A DNA stretch of 64,000 nucleotides from Nitrososphaerales archaeon (GCA_035622335.1 DASPVO010000004.1:1657-65656), one strand, 5' to 3'. Numbered from the stretch's first letter, positions 27,509 to 36,173 are shown. Numbers and translations are program-made. Notes: a model not told the origin generated them from the letters alone.

Positions 27509-27805
27509 TCAGACCCCCAGGATAGACCGGAGCATCGCCCTATACTCGACCTTCTCTTGTTTGCTGCCTGGTCCAGGAACTTCGTAAATGAGCGGCACCG
27601 CCTTCTTTGCCCTGATCGCAGTCAGCTCGTCCCTTATTGGCTTCGCCACGTCATCGCTGATCATAATCAGCCCTACTTTGGAGTCCCTGACCAGGGCGTC
27701 GACCTTCGAAAGCGCCTCCCTCCCCGACGAAACGTACTCCCCCGAAACGCCCGCGAGCACGAAGCCCGTCACGAACGCCTTTCCGCCTATTGCCACCACT
27801 TTCAC
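27509..27805 (-). CDS. atpF: A-type ATP synthase subunit F
   Basis: MKVVAIGGKAFVTGFVLAGV...GLIMISDDVA is the typical subunit F pattern. Confidence 0.85.
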   Translation of the reverse strand: MKVVAIGGKAFVTGFVLAGVSGEYVSSGREALSKVDALVRDSKVGLIMISDDVAKPIRDELTAIRAKKAVPLIYEVPGPGSKQEKVEYRAMLRSILGV

Positions 27806-28131
27806 GAGCTGTCACCGAGCAGCCTCTTTGTAACGTGGTCGACCGCCGTCGCCTTCTTCTTCGAAATCATCTCCTTGAATTCGGCGAGCGCGTCCTCGCC
27901 TGCGTCCTTGATCTTCTCCGCTTCCTTGTTCGCGGCTCCTCGTACCCTGGCCACGTCGTGCTCCGCGTCGGAGCGAGCCTTGGTTATCGCCCTGGACTTC
28001 GCGCTCTCTGCCCAGTCGCTCGCGGACTTCACTATGCGTTTCTTCGAGTCCGCTGCCTCGGCCTTGATCGAATCGAGGGAGGATTCGAACTCCTTGAGTG
28101 CCTTTATGGCCTCTTCTAGGGCTTGAGACAA
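27802..28131 (-). CDS. atpH: A-type ATP synthase subunit H (peripheral stalk, coiled coil)
   Basis: 109-aa all-helical Ala/Lys/Glu-rich protein, first gene of the H-F-E block, with a 4-nt overlap onto atpF. Confidence 0.6.
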   Translation of the reverse strand: MSQALEEAIKALKEFESSLDSIKAEAADSKKRIVKSASDWAESAKSRAITKARSDAEHDVARVRGAANKEAEKIKDAGEDALAEFKEMISKKKATAVDHVTKRLLGDSS

Positions 28132-28176
28132 TTCGACTTCGGCCTCTCGAGTGTCGTTGCGTAATTAAACGTGACT

Positions 28177-28509
28177 CTAAGTCGTCAGCCTCAGTATCGC
28201 CCTGGCGACTTCTCCGTCTGACTCCTGAAGCGCTGAGATCGCCCTCTCCCTTGTAACGTTCGCCTGCTGTTGGACGAGCAGTACGTCTTCTTCGTTGTAT
28301 GACCTCTTTTCCCGCTCGACCTCCTCGACTTCGCCCGTCACTTGGAAGATCCTGTTCCCCTGGAAGTTGACCTCGGTTACTGCCGCTCCCGCCAGGTGCA
28401 GCTCCTTGTCCTTTGTGATGATGACGACCTCCTCGACGTCGGGCATCTCCACTTGATTGATGCCCATCTTCTCCATCGCCCTTCTAGCCTGTCTGTTGTC
28501 CATCTTCAT
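28177..28509 (-). CDS. nac: nascent polypeptide-associated complex protein (archaeal NAC)
   Basis: ARRAMEKMGINQVEMPDVEEVVIITKDKELHL (NAC domain) plus a C-terminal UBA-like segment ERAISALQESDGEVARAI. Confidence 0.88.
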   Translation of the reverse strand: MKMDNRQARRAMEKMGINQVEMPDVEEVVIITKDKELHLAGAAVTEVNFQGNRIFQVTGEVEEVEREKRSYNEEDVLLVQQQANVTRERAISALQESDGEVARAILRLTT

Positions 28510-29003
28510 GACTTTGCGCCTTGCCTGACCTTTACGGCGACCCCGCTCTTAAATTGTGTCATGTGTCTCCCGTTAATGACAGCCGTGCCCACGGCGACCA
28601 CCTGGCCCCGCCGGTCCAGGACCACGACCTCGCCCCTCGGCCAGACGTTCTCGCCAGCGGCGTCGACGAACTTGCAGAAGACGGACTTGCCTGATTGCAC
28701 GAACGGGACGGCGTCCTCGGAGATCGTGACGCAGTTCTTCCTGAACTCGCGGCTGTTTACCAAGATCCGCGCCCCGTATATCGATAGCGCCATAGCCCCA
28801 TTGGGTTTGACGGTCGCGAACAGCTCTCGGTTGAGGTAGACCAGTTTGAGCCTCCCCGAACGCCGTGAGAAGACGAGGCTGAACCCGTTGGTTGGAAGCG
28901 CTTTGCTCGCTCCCCTTCCAAAGAGGTAGTCCACAAGGATCTCGACCCGCCTCATGGCATCCGGCTCGCTCGCCGATATGTAAAATGGATTCCCAACGTT
29001 CAA
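28506..29003 (-). CDS. PUA-domain RNA-binding protein
   Basis: The C-terminal segment VVVLDRRGQVVAVGTAVINGRHMTQFKSGVAVKVRQG is a PUA domain. The gene precedes nac, as in many archaea. Confidence 0.7.
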   Translation of the reverse strand: MNVGNPFYISASEPDAMRRVEILVDYLFGRGASKALPTNGFSLVFSRRSGRLKLVYLNRELFATVKPNGAMALSIYGARILVNSREFRKNCVTISEDAVPFVQSGKSVFCKFVDAAGENVWPRGEVVVLDRRGQVVAVGTAVINGRHMTQFKSGVAVKVRQGAKS

Positions 29004-29061
29004 ATAAACTTGAGAACAGAAATCGATTCGTGGTCGTTCAGCCCGCTCGAGACGGAAACCC

Positions 29062-30138
29062 TTGACGCAGAAGGCTCTGCTGATTCACTATCCCGACCCA
29101 AACGTCGCCGAAGAAGCCAAGGGTCTGGCCGAGGCGGCGGGATACGAGCCCACGGCCACCGTTGTCCAGAGGTACCTGTCGAGGTCTAGGATGGGCATTG
29201 GAGTAGGAAAAGCTCAGGAGGTCTCGGCTATCGTCAGAGAGCGAGGAATCGACACCGTACTCTTCGACTCAAGGCTCAATGCGTCGCAGACATACAACCT
29301 GGCGAAGCTCTGCAAGGTGGAGGTCAAGGACAGGGAGAAACTGATTCTGGAGATCTTCGCTAGGAGGGCTACCACAGCCGAGGCCAAACTCCAAGTAAAG
29401 CTCGCCGAACTGAACTACGAGCTGCCGAGGGCGCGAGACAAGGTCAGGATGGCCAAGTCCGGGGAGCAGCCCGGTTTCTTCGGGCTAGGCAAGTACGAGG
29501 TCGATGTCTACGTGAGGATGATGAAGAGACAGGTCGCGGTTCTGAGGCGTAAGGTCGAGGAAGTCAGGGGTCAGAGGGGCGTGCAGAGGAGGCAAAGAGA
29601 CAGGGCAGGGCTCACCACGGTTGCAATCACGGGTTACACTGGCTCAGGCAAGACCACTCTCTTCAACTCCCTCACTGGCGAAACGAAGGAGGCCGGAGGC
29701 GGCGCCTTCACGACTCTGGCCCCCACCACGCGCTCTGTGTACATCGAAGGCAGGAAGGTACTCTTCTCGGACACGGTCGGCTTCATCAGCAGGCTTCCCA
29801 CCTATCTCATCGAGGCGTTCAAGTCTACCCTAGAGGAAGTCTCGTTGGCGAGCGTCGTTCTGCTGCTCCTCGACGCTAGTCAACCGGCCGACAAGTTCCA
29901 GATAGCCTACGAGAGCTGCATGGAGACGTTGGCCGAACTGGGTGTGTTCCCCTCGAGGGTGTTCGTCGTCTTCAACAAGATAGACTTGGCACGCGGTGCA
30001 ATAGACGAAATGACGAGACGATTGAGCATCGTCGAACCCGTCTCCATCTCCGCCAAGACCGGAGAGGGCCTGTCCGAATTGGAGCGCAGGCTGTCGACCA
30101 CTCTGAGCAGGATCCAGGAAACAGTGATAGCACACTGA
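29062..30138 (+). CDS. hflX: GTPase HflX
   Basis: HflX N-domain (LEIFARRATTAEAKLQVKLAELNYELPR) and G-domain (GYTGSGKTTLFNSLTG, DTVGFI, NKID). Confidence 0.88.
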   Translation: MTQKALLIHYPDPNVAEEAKGLAEAAGYEPTATVVQRYLSRSRMGIGVGKAQEVSAIVRERGIDTVLFDSRLNASQTYNLAKLCKVEVKDREKLILEIFARRATTAEAKLQVKLAELNYELPRARDKVRMAKSGEQPGFFGLGKYEVDVYVRMMKRQVAVLRRKVEEVRGQRGVQRRQRDRAGLTTVAITGYTGSGKTTLFNSLTGETKEAGGGAFTTLAPTTRSVYIEGRKVLFSDTVGFISRLPTYLIEAFKSTLEEVSLASVVLLLLDASQPADKFQIAYESCMETLAELGVFPSRVFVVFNKIDLARGAIDEMTRRLSIVEPVSISAKTGEGLSELERRLSTTLSRIQETVIAH

Positions 30139-30146
30139 CGAGAAGC

Positions 30147-30662
30147 ATAGAGGTCCTCCGTGTAGGACAGCGATACGTGAGAGACGACAGGACGCTCACG
30201 CACCTCTGCCTCGTCTCGAGGGCGCTAGGCGCTGAAAGAATCTACCTCCAAGAAGTCGAGAAGGACGTTCCAGGCACGGTGCAGAAGGTGAACGAGGACT
30301 GGGGAGGAGAGTTTCAAGTGGTGACGAGCGCCAGCTGGAAGAAGGTAATCGCTGACGCGAAGTCAGCGGGGAGGAAGGTTGTGCACCTCACAATGTACGG
30401 AGTGCCACTGCAGGACGTCGTCGAAGAGCTACAGCGCCAGGAGAAGCTGCTCTTCGTCGTGGGAGGGCCGAAGGTCCCTGGCTTCGTCTATCACGAGTCA
30501 GACTACAACGTCGCGGTGACCTCGCAGCCTCACTCCGAAATCGCGGCTCTCGCAATAACGCTCCATGACGTCCAGTCCGGAGAAGAACTTAAGAAGAACT
30601 TCGGCAAAAGTAGACTGCGCATTCTTCCCACAGCCAGAGGGAAGCGCGTCGTGAGAAATTGA
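30147..30662 (+). CDS. trm56: tRNA (cytidine56-2'-O)-methyltransferase aTrm56 (SPOUT); start codon non-canonical
   Basis: The ORF-track version starts at GTG 30177. The in-frame upstream codons encode IEVLRVGQRY, matching the conserved aTrm56 N-terminus (M-I-V-V-L-R-L-G-H-R in Pyrococcus, from memory). Only ATA 30147 or CTG 30135 are available. Confidence 0.8.
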   Translation: MEVLRVGQRYVRDDRTLTHLCLVSRALGAERIYLQEVEKDVPGTVQKVNEDWGGEFQVVTSASWKKVIADAKSAGRKVVHLTMYGVPLQDVVEELQRQEKLLFVVGGPKVPGFVYHESDYNVAVTSQPHSEIAALAITLHDVQSGEELKKNFGKSRLRILPTARGKRVVRN

Positions 30663-31168
30663 AGATAGAGTATGAAGACACTTTCGTAAAGGTCGCCGGT
30701 CTCATAGGAGGACCGGACTACGTGAGGGTAGCCAGGGCTCTACTCAACAATGAAAACGCGACCGACGAAGAGATCGCCTCGGCCACGGGTCTGAAGATCA
30801 AGACGGTGAGGAAGGCTCTCTATGATTTGTTCGGAAGGAGCCTCATCACAGGCGTCCGAGTTCGAGATCCGAAGAGAGGCTGGTTCGTCTACAGGTGGAA
30901 GGCACAGCGAGACCAGACCGATGGGTTCATTCAGACTCAGAGAAAGAAGATACTGACCAGGCTACGGCAGAGGCTCGAGTTCGAGGAGACTCATGAATTC
31001 TACCACTGCGGGACGCCGACCTGCCAGACCAGGACCTTCGAGGACGCCATGGAGAACTTCTTCAAGTGTCCTACCTGTTCCAAGCCCCTCAACAGGCTGG
31101 ACAACACGGAGCTGAAGGATGCTCTACGCTGGAAGACGAAACAGCTCGAAGACGAGCTGGTCAAGTGA
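30659..31168 (+). CDS. tfe: transcription factor E (TFE alpha)
   Basis: wH domain (ATDEEIASATGLKIKTVRKALYDL...WFVYRW) and zinc ribbon (YHCGTPTC...FKCPTCSKPL). Confidence 0.85.
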   Translation: MKIEYEDTFVKVAGLIGGPDYVRVARALLNNENATDEEIASATGLKIKTVRKALYDLFGRSLITGVRVRDPKRGWFVYRWKAQRDQTDGFIQTQRKKILTRLRQRLEFEETHEFYHCGTPTCQTRTFEDAMENFFKCPTCSKPLNRLDNTELKDALRWKTKQLEDELVK

Positions 31169-31716
31169 TTCCTGACCGAGAAGAGGCCCTGGCGCTTCAC
31201 GAGAGGTATCATAGCGACCCCGTCATAGTGGAGCACTGCCTGGCTGTAGCCGAGGTGGCCGATATACTCGCCAGCGGTTATGTTAGGGCAGGGAGGTCGG
31301 TCGACTCGTCCGTCGTTCAGGCCGCGGCGCTGCTCCACGACATAGGTCGGAGCCGAGGCCACACGGTGAGGCACGGCCTCGAAGGAGCGCGGATCCTGGA
31401 GTCTGAGGGCGTAGACTCCTCCGTGGTGGAGGCGGTGCGCAAGCACGTCGGTGCGGGCATCTCGTCGGAGGAGGCGAAGACCCTCGGATTCCCTGACCAC
31501 GACTACATTCCTAGGACACGGGAGGAACGGATCGTCTGTTTCGCGGACAAGATGGTTGATTCCAACAGGGTAAGACCCTTCGACGGCGAAGTCAAGAGGT
31601 TCGTCAAGAAGGGGCACGACGTGCCTAGGCTCCTGGCGCTGAAGAAGGAGATAGAGGATGACCTCGGCGAAGACCCGGAGAGACTGATCTTCGACAAGAT
31701 TAAAGAATCTCACTGA
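31165..31716 (+). CDS. HD-domain phosphohydrolase
   Basis: AALLHDIGRS...RKHVGAGIS. The GTG start overlaps the tfe stop (GTGA). Confidence 0.75.
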   Translation: MIPDREEALALHERYHSDPVIVEHCLAVAEVADILASGYVRAGRSVDSSVVQAAALLHDIGRSRGHTVRHGLEGARILESEGVDSSVVEAVRKHVGAGISSEEAKTLGFPDHDYIPRTREERIVCFADKMVDSNRVRPFDGEVKRFVKKGHDVPRLLALKKEIEDDLGEDPERLIFDKIKESH

Positions 31717-31730
31717 TTCGCGCGGTTGAG

Positions 31731-31850
31731 ATGCCCGCTTGCATATGCAGGAGCTGCAGACACAGGACTCTGGAGAGCTGCTCCAAGTGCAACTGCTGCG
31801 AATACCACAGGTGTGCCTGCATGCAGAAGCCTCCCTCAGAATTTGGCTGA
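31731..31850 (+). CDS. candidate 39-aa cysteine-rich micro-protein
   Basis: Hand translation: MPACICRSCRHRTLESCSKCNCCEYHRCACMQKPPSEFG, with 9 Cys including CRSC and CSKC knuckles. Below the ORF-track cutoff. GGTTGAG lies just upstream of the ATG. Confidence 0.4.
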   Translation: MPACICRSCRHRTLESCSKCNCCEYHRCACMQKPPSEFG

Positions 31851-32055
31851 ACCGCCGAGAAGAGGGCCGAGCGCTACCAAGCAGGGCGGCTATGACGGAA
31901 ACGTTGCTTCCGAGAAGGATATAAGACGAGTAATTCGGCTTCCTTCTCAGCGAGGTGGGGAAGCCAGGTTTATCCCGGCGGGCTCATAAGACTCGCTGAG
32001 AAACCCGCAGATCGGTGGTTCGAAAGGGAATCAAGCCCTGAAACTCCACCCCTCG

Positions 32056-33243
32056 CTACTCTTGTTCTAGCGCCTGGTCCAGGTCTTCTATGAGATCCTG
32101 TACGTCCTCAATGCCAGTCGAGTAGCGTACTAGCCCTTCCGGGATGCCCATCGCAGCTCTGTCTCTGGCGCTCACCTCCACGTGGCTCGTCGTGGAGGGA
32201 GGGCCGACGGTCGTCTCGACCGACCCAAGGTTGGCGGCACGGTGCACGAGCTTCAGCCGGCGAAGGAAGGCCTTGACCGCAGGGATGTCTCCCTTGATGA
32301 CGAAGCTCAGCACTCCCCCAAAGCCTCCGGTCATCTGTCTCTTCGCGATGGCGTGCTGCGGATGAGAAGATAGCCCTGGGTAGTAGACTCGTTTCACGGC
32401 ATCGTGACCCTCCAGGTGCTTCGCAATCTTCATGGCACTCGCATTCTGGCGTTGGACCCTGACCTGCAGCGTCTTCATGCCACGCAGAAGCAAGTAGGCA
32501 GCGAAGGGGTCGAGCGCCGCTCCTGTTATCTCCCTGTAGTGGAACGCGTTCTGTATCACATCCTTTTGACCACATGCGACACCGCCGAGGGCATCGGCAT
32601 GGCCCCCGAGGAACTTGGACGCGCTGTGGACGACGACGTCTGAACCCAGCTCGAGCGGCCTCTGGTTGATTGGGGTCGCGAACGTGTTGTCCGTCACAAG
32701 AATCGCTCCTGCTCTATTCGCTGCTTTCGCCACACGCCCGATTTCCACGACCTTGAGAGTGGGATTCGTGGGCGTCTCGATGTAGACCAGGCGGCAACCC
32801 TTCGAGATTTCGCGCTCGATCGACTGCTCATCAGAAGTCTCGCACATCTCCACTCTTATGCCTAGTCTGGGAAGGAACTCTCTGAAGAGCTGGTTCGTCC
32901 CCCCGTACGTGTCCTTTATCGTGACTATCCGCTCTCCCGGCTTCACCAGGCTGAAGACGACCCCGCTGACCGCGGCCATCCCCGAGGAGAAGCTCGTCGC
33001 GGCCTCGGCGCCCTCGAGTGCCCGGACCTTCTCTTCGAGCGCTGACACGGTCGGGTTTGTGTTTCTGGAGTAGATGTGACCACGCTTCCGCCCCTGTGCG
33101 ACGGCCTGCCACTCTTCCAGGTCAGAGTAGCCGAAGGCGACGCTCTGGACGATCGGAACCTGGGTCGGCCCCCCGCTCGACTCTGGCTCTCCCGCCCAGA
33201 CCGCCTTCGTCCCCGGACTGGCCCGTGAGAGTTTGCGCTTCAT
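32056..33243 (-). CDS. Cys/Met-metabolism PLP enzyme (cystathionine gamma-synthase/lyase or O-acylhomoserine sulfhydrylase family)
   Basis: PIVQSVAFGY, YSRNTNPT, HSASKFLGGHADALGG (PLP lysine). Confidence 0.88.
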   Translation of the reverse strand: MKRKLSRASPGTKAVWAGEPESSGGPTQVPIVQSVAFGYSDLEEWQAVAQGRKRGHIYSRNTNPTVSALEEKVRALEGAEAATSFSSGMAAVSGVVFSLVKPGERIVTIKDTYGGTNQLFREFLPRLGIRVEMCETSDEQSIEREISKGCRLVYIETPTNPTLKVVEIGRVAKAANRAGAILVTDNTFATPINQRPLELGSDVVVHSASKFLGGHADALGGVACGQKDVIQNAFHYREITGAALDPFAAYLLLRGMKTLQVRVQRQNASAMKIAKHLEGHDAVKRVYYPGLSSHPQHAIAKRQMTGGFGGVLSFVIKGDIPAVKAFLRRLKLVHRAANLGSVETTVGPPSTTSHVEVSARDRAAMGIPEGLVRYSTGIEDVQDLIEDLDQALEQE

Positions 33244-33329
33244 CTCCCCTCTCGGCCGCCTTCAAGGTATTAAGAGGTTGAGAGGCCGGTTCGCTACCTT
33301 TTTGCGATGCTGTCTCCGAGGACCGACCG

Positions 33330-34496
33330 TTGGTCGGAAAGTCTACACGCTCTGTTCATGAAGAGTCGCCCGAGGACCAGAAGGGCTCCGTGGTTCCCCC
33401 GATCTACGAGACCTCGACCTTCAGCTTTCCAAAGGCGGAGGAGGTGCCCAAGGCGGTTCATGGAGAGAGCCCTAGGTACGTGTACACGAGATGGGACAAC
33501 CCGACCCTCGCAAGGCTCGAAGCGAAAATGGCCGCGTTCGAAGGGGCGGAAGCCGCTGCCTTCTTCTCTTCTGGGATGGCGGCGATATCAACCTCGGTTC
33601 TATCGTTCGTCAAGGAAGGAGACCACGTGGTCGCTACCCGTGACCTCTACGGGGAAGCGCACAAGCTCATGGCCGAAGTGCTCCCCAGATTCGGAGTAGA
33701 GACCTCGCTGGTCGACACGGTCGACTTGCGAGAGATGGAATCTGCAGTCAGACGCAGTACCAAGGTCGTCTACATAGAGAGCCCTGCCAACCCGACGCTA
33801 AGACTCGTGGACATTCGGAGGGCCGCGAAGATAGCTCATCTGAGAGGCGCTTTGCTCCTGATAGACGGTACGTTCGCTTCGCCGATCAACCAGCAGCCCC
33901 TGAGGCTCGGTGCGGATGTTGTTCTTCACAGTGCGACGAAGTACATCAATGGTCACGCCGATGTGGTGGCAGGCGCAGCGAGCGGGAGCGAGGAGAAGAT
34001 AGCTGCAATCAAGATGATGAGACGGACGCTGGGAGGAAGCCTCGACCCGCACGCGGCCTGGCTGGTGATGAGGGGGATGAAGACCATGGCATTGAGGGTA
34101 AGGGCTCAGAACGAGAACGCGATGGCTCTCGCGGAGTATCTCTCGAAGCACAAGAAGGTTCGCAAGGTCAACTATCCCGGGCTGAAGAGCCATCCGCAAC
34201 ACTCCCTCGCGATGAAACAGATGAGCGGTTTCGGTGGAGTGCTCAGCTTCGAGATAGAAGGGGACGCGCGGGCCGCCGCCAGGGTCGTCAATCGGCTGAG
34301 GTTAGCCTCGATAGCAGCCAGCCTCGGTGGTGTCGAGACTCTTGTTTCGCTCCCGTTCGTCCTCAGCCACCATCAGGTCTCAGACGAGGAGAAGAGGAGG
34401 TCGGGTATACCAGAGTCGCTGATCAGAGTGGCGGTTGGAGTGGAGGACGCTGATGACCTCATCCAGGACTTTGGACGAGCTCTTTCTTCGACGTAG
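33330..34496 (+). CDS. second Cys/Met-metabolism PLP enzyme paralogue
   Basis: PPIYETSTFSF, YTRWDNPT, HSATKYINGHADVVAG. Divergent from the paralogue at 32056-33243. TTG start. Confidence 0.88.
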   Translation: MVGKSTRSVHEESPEDQKGSVVPPIYETSTFSFPKAEEVPKAVHGESPRYVYTRWDNPTLARLEAKMAAFEGAEAAAFFSSGMAAISTSVLSFVKEGDHVVATRDLYGEAHKLMAEVLPRFGVETSLVDTVDLREMESAVRRSTKVVYIESPANPTLRLVDIRRAAKIAHLRGALLLIDGTFASPINQQPLRLGADVVLHSATKYINGHADVVAGAASGSEEKIAAIKMMRRTLGGSLDPHAAWLVMRGMKTMALRVRAQNENAMALAEYLSKHKKVRKVNYPGLKSHPQHSLAMKQMSGFGGVLSFEIEGDARAAARVVNRLRLASIAASLGGVETLVSLPFVLSHHQVSDEEKRRSGIPESLIRVAVGVEDADDLIQDFGRALSST

Positions 34497-35788
34497 GTAA
34501 ACCGCCCGACCCAAGCTTCGACCTCAGGCGCAACCAACCCTGGGACCTCTCTGCCGTACCTCACCAGTGGTTTTGCCAGGTGCCTGTTGGACCTCGGTGA
34601 AACCGCGTAGACGCCGGGCACGAGCAGCCTGCTCAGAGGCTTAGAGCGGACAGACTCCACAGGGAACTTCATGCCGCAGCCACGACATTGGAAGCCCTTT
34701 CTGAACCCCTCTGACTTCGCCGCGTGATGACAATGAGGACACGCGGGATTGGATTCCTCGAGCAGCGCCGCGACGGAGATTACCTCGATTTTTTCCACGT
34801 TGAGCAAGGAGGCGTGCTTGGAGCTGGGTCGTCTTACGCCGCCGTATGCCCTCACCTGATCACCTTCTGAGAGGAGCTTGGCGGTCCTTTGCAGTTCCCC
34901 CGTGGGTCTATACACTGCGCATTCGACTCGGCCGACATTGAAGTACACGTGACCTCCGCGACCGATTCTCAGAGAAGAGACGCGCCCCTCCGTCCAGCCC
35001 GACGAGTAGACTCGGAGGTCCGTCTCCCGCACCAGATGGGCGTCGGTGTACTGGTTCGAAACATACGTGATCCAGCCCTCCAGCTCCTCGGAGTGGCGGA
35101 GCATCCTGGACGCTGAAATCACCACGTCTGGAGAGCTACCTCGGACCCCGAAGAAGACCGGGTCTGGACCCGAAGGAGCGACAAGGACCTTCCTCTTTTG
35201 GTAGTCGTAATTGTTGAACGTCTCCGGAAAGGTCTTGACGTCCATCTCTTCGACGGAAGGTCCGTCGACCATTCTCCGAGTCCCGCGCCGACTCGGCCTG
35301 CGGTATGCGATCAGTTCGTATGTGTGGTCGCTCGCCTCGTCGAAGCCAAGAGACGCCGATGCTCCGACGAGACCCATTCCGTTCCCGAGCGTGAACGTCT
35401 CCGCGCGTAGCTCACGTAGGGCCTTCTCGACCGAGTGGCGGTTGACCATTCCTCGTACTGCCCTATCATAGAGCCCGCGAAAGTACGCGCCAGTGTCCCC
35501 TCTCCAGAAGACGACCCCGGGGTTCGCGCCGTTCTTCACGTCAGATAGCAGAGATACGAGTTCGCAGACCTTGTCGAATGCGGCATCAGGGTCTTCGGTC
35601 GAGATTGGCATGCAGACCGCCGCGTTCCCTCGCGTCTTGAAGGGTACGTTTGGATTGAGTCTGACGAGCCTGGGATACGCCCTGACTCGGAGAACTCGAC
35701 GGAGGTCGGTCGCGATGCGGTAGCCCAGGTAAGTCGTGCAGAGGCCTGATGAGGAGTCCGTGTCGTCGAAACCAAGCAGGCAGTCCAT
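34373..35788 (-). CDS. tiaS: tRNA(Ile2) 2-agmatinylcytidine synthetase TiaS
   Basis: N-terminus LLGFDDTDSSSGLCTTYLGY...YPRLVRLNPNVPFKTRGNAAV. OB and zinc-ribbon region CPHC...CRGCG. The C-terminal ~40 aa overlap the convergent gene. Confidence 0.85.
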   Translation of the reverse strand: MDCLLGFDDTDSSSGLCTTYLGYRIATDLRRVLRVRAYPRLVRLNPNVPFKTRGNAAVCMPISTEDPDAAFDKVCELVSLLSDVKNGANPGVVFWRGDTGAYFRGLYDRAVRGMVNRHSVEKALRELRAETFTLGNGMGLVGASASLGFDEASDHTYELIAYRRPSRRGTRRMVDGPSVEEMDVKTFPETFNNYDYQKRKVLVAPSGPDPVFFGVRGSSPDVVISASRMLRHSEELEGWITYVSNQYTDAHLVRETDLRVYSSGWTEGRVSSLRIGRGGHVYFNVGRVECAVYRPTGELQRTAKLLSEGDQVRAYGGVRRPSSKHASLLNVEKIEVISVAALLEESNPACPHCHHAAKSEGFRKGFQCRGCGMKFPVESVRSKPLSRLLVPGVYAVSPRSNRHLAKPLVRYGREVPGLVAPEVEAWVGRFTYVEERARPKSWMRSSASSTPTATLISDSGIPDLLFSSSET

Positions 35789-35837
35789 GAATTTGAGTGA
35801 CGCGAACTGTTTCCGTATTTAACGGAGCGTTCGCAGT

Positions 35838-36089
35838 CTAGCCTTCGACGGCGCCGACGTCGTCCACGACTATCATGGTGAGGGTGCTCCTGACCCTGTC
35901 GAGGCGCCTGATCTTCCACGTAATGGTCTCCTTGACCTTCTCCATCGTCTCGCCCTCTATTCTTGCGATGATGTCGTAGACACCATAGACGATGTAGACA
36001 TCCTTGACATTCTCCGTGTTCTTGAGGTCCTTGTAGAGCTGCTCTTCAGCACCAAGGTCAGCGTTAATTAAAACGAAAGCCATCGGCAA
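35838..36089 (-). CDS. stand-alone Lrp/AsnC ligand-binding (RAM) domain protein
   Basis: 83 aa: AFVLINADLGAEEQLYKDLKNTENVKDVYIVYGVYDIIARIEG... Confidence 0.75.
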   Translation of the reverse strand: MPMAFVLINADLGAEEQLYKDLKNTENVKDVYIVYGVYDIIARIEGETMEKVKETITWKIRRLDRVRSTLTMIVVDDVGAVEG

Positions 36090-36173
36090 TTGTCGAAGTT
36101 CGACCTCTCGCTGATGATTGGTTCAGTCCAGTAATAACCGTTGCTGCTTTATTCCTCGCAAGCACTTTCTACC

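Noticed and set aside
36110-36116. CTGATGA as a box C of a C/D sRNA upstream of the LAGLIDADG gene
   Set aside because: There is no CUGA D box within the next ~70 nt and no terminal stem.
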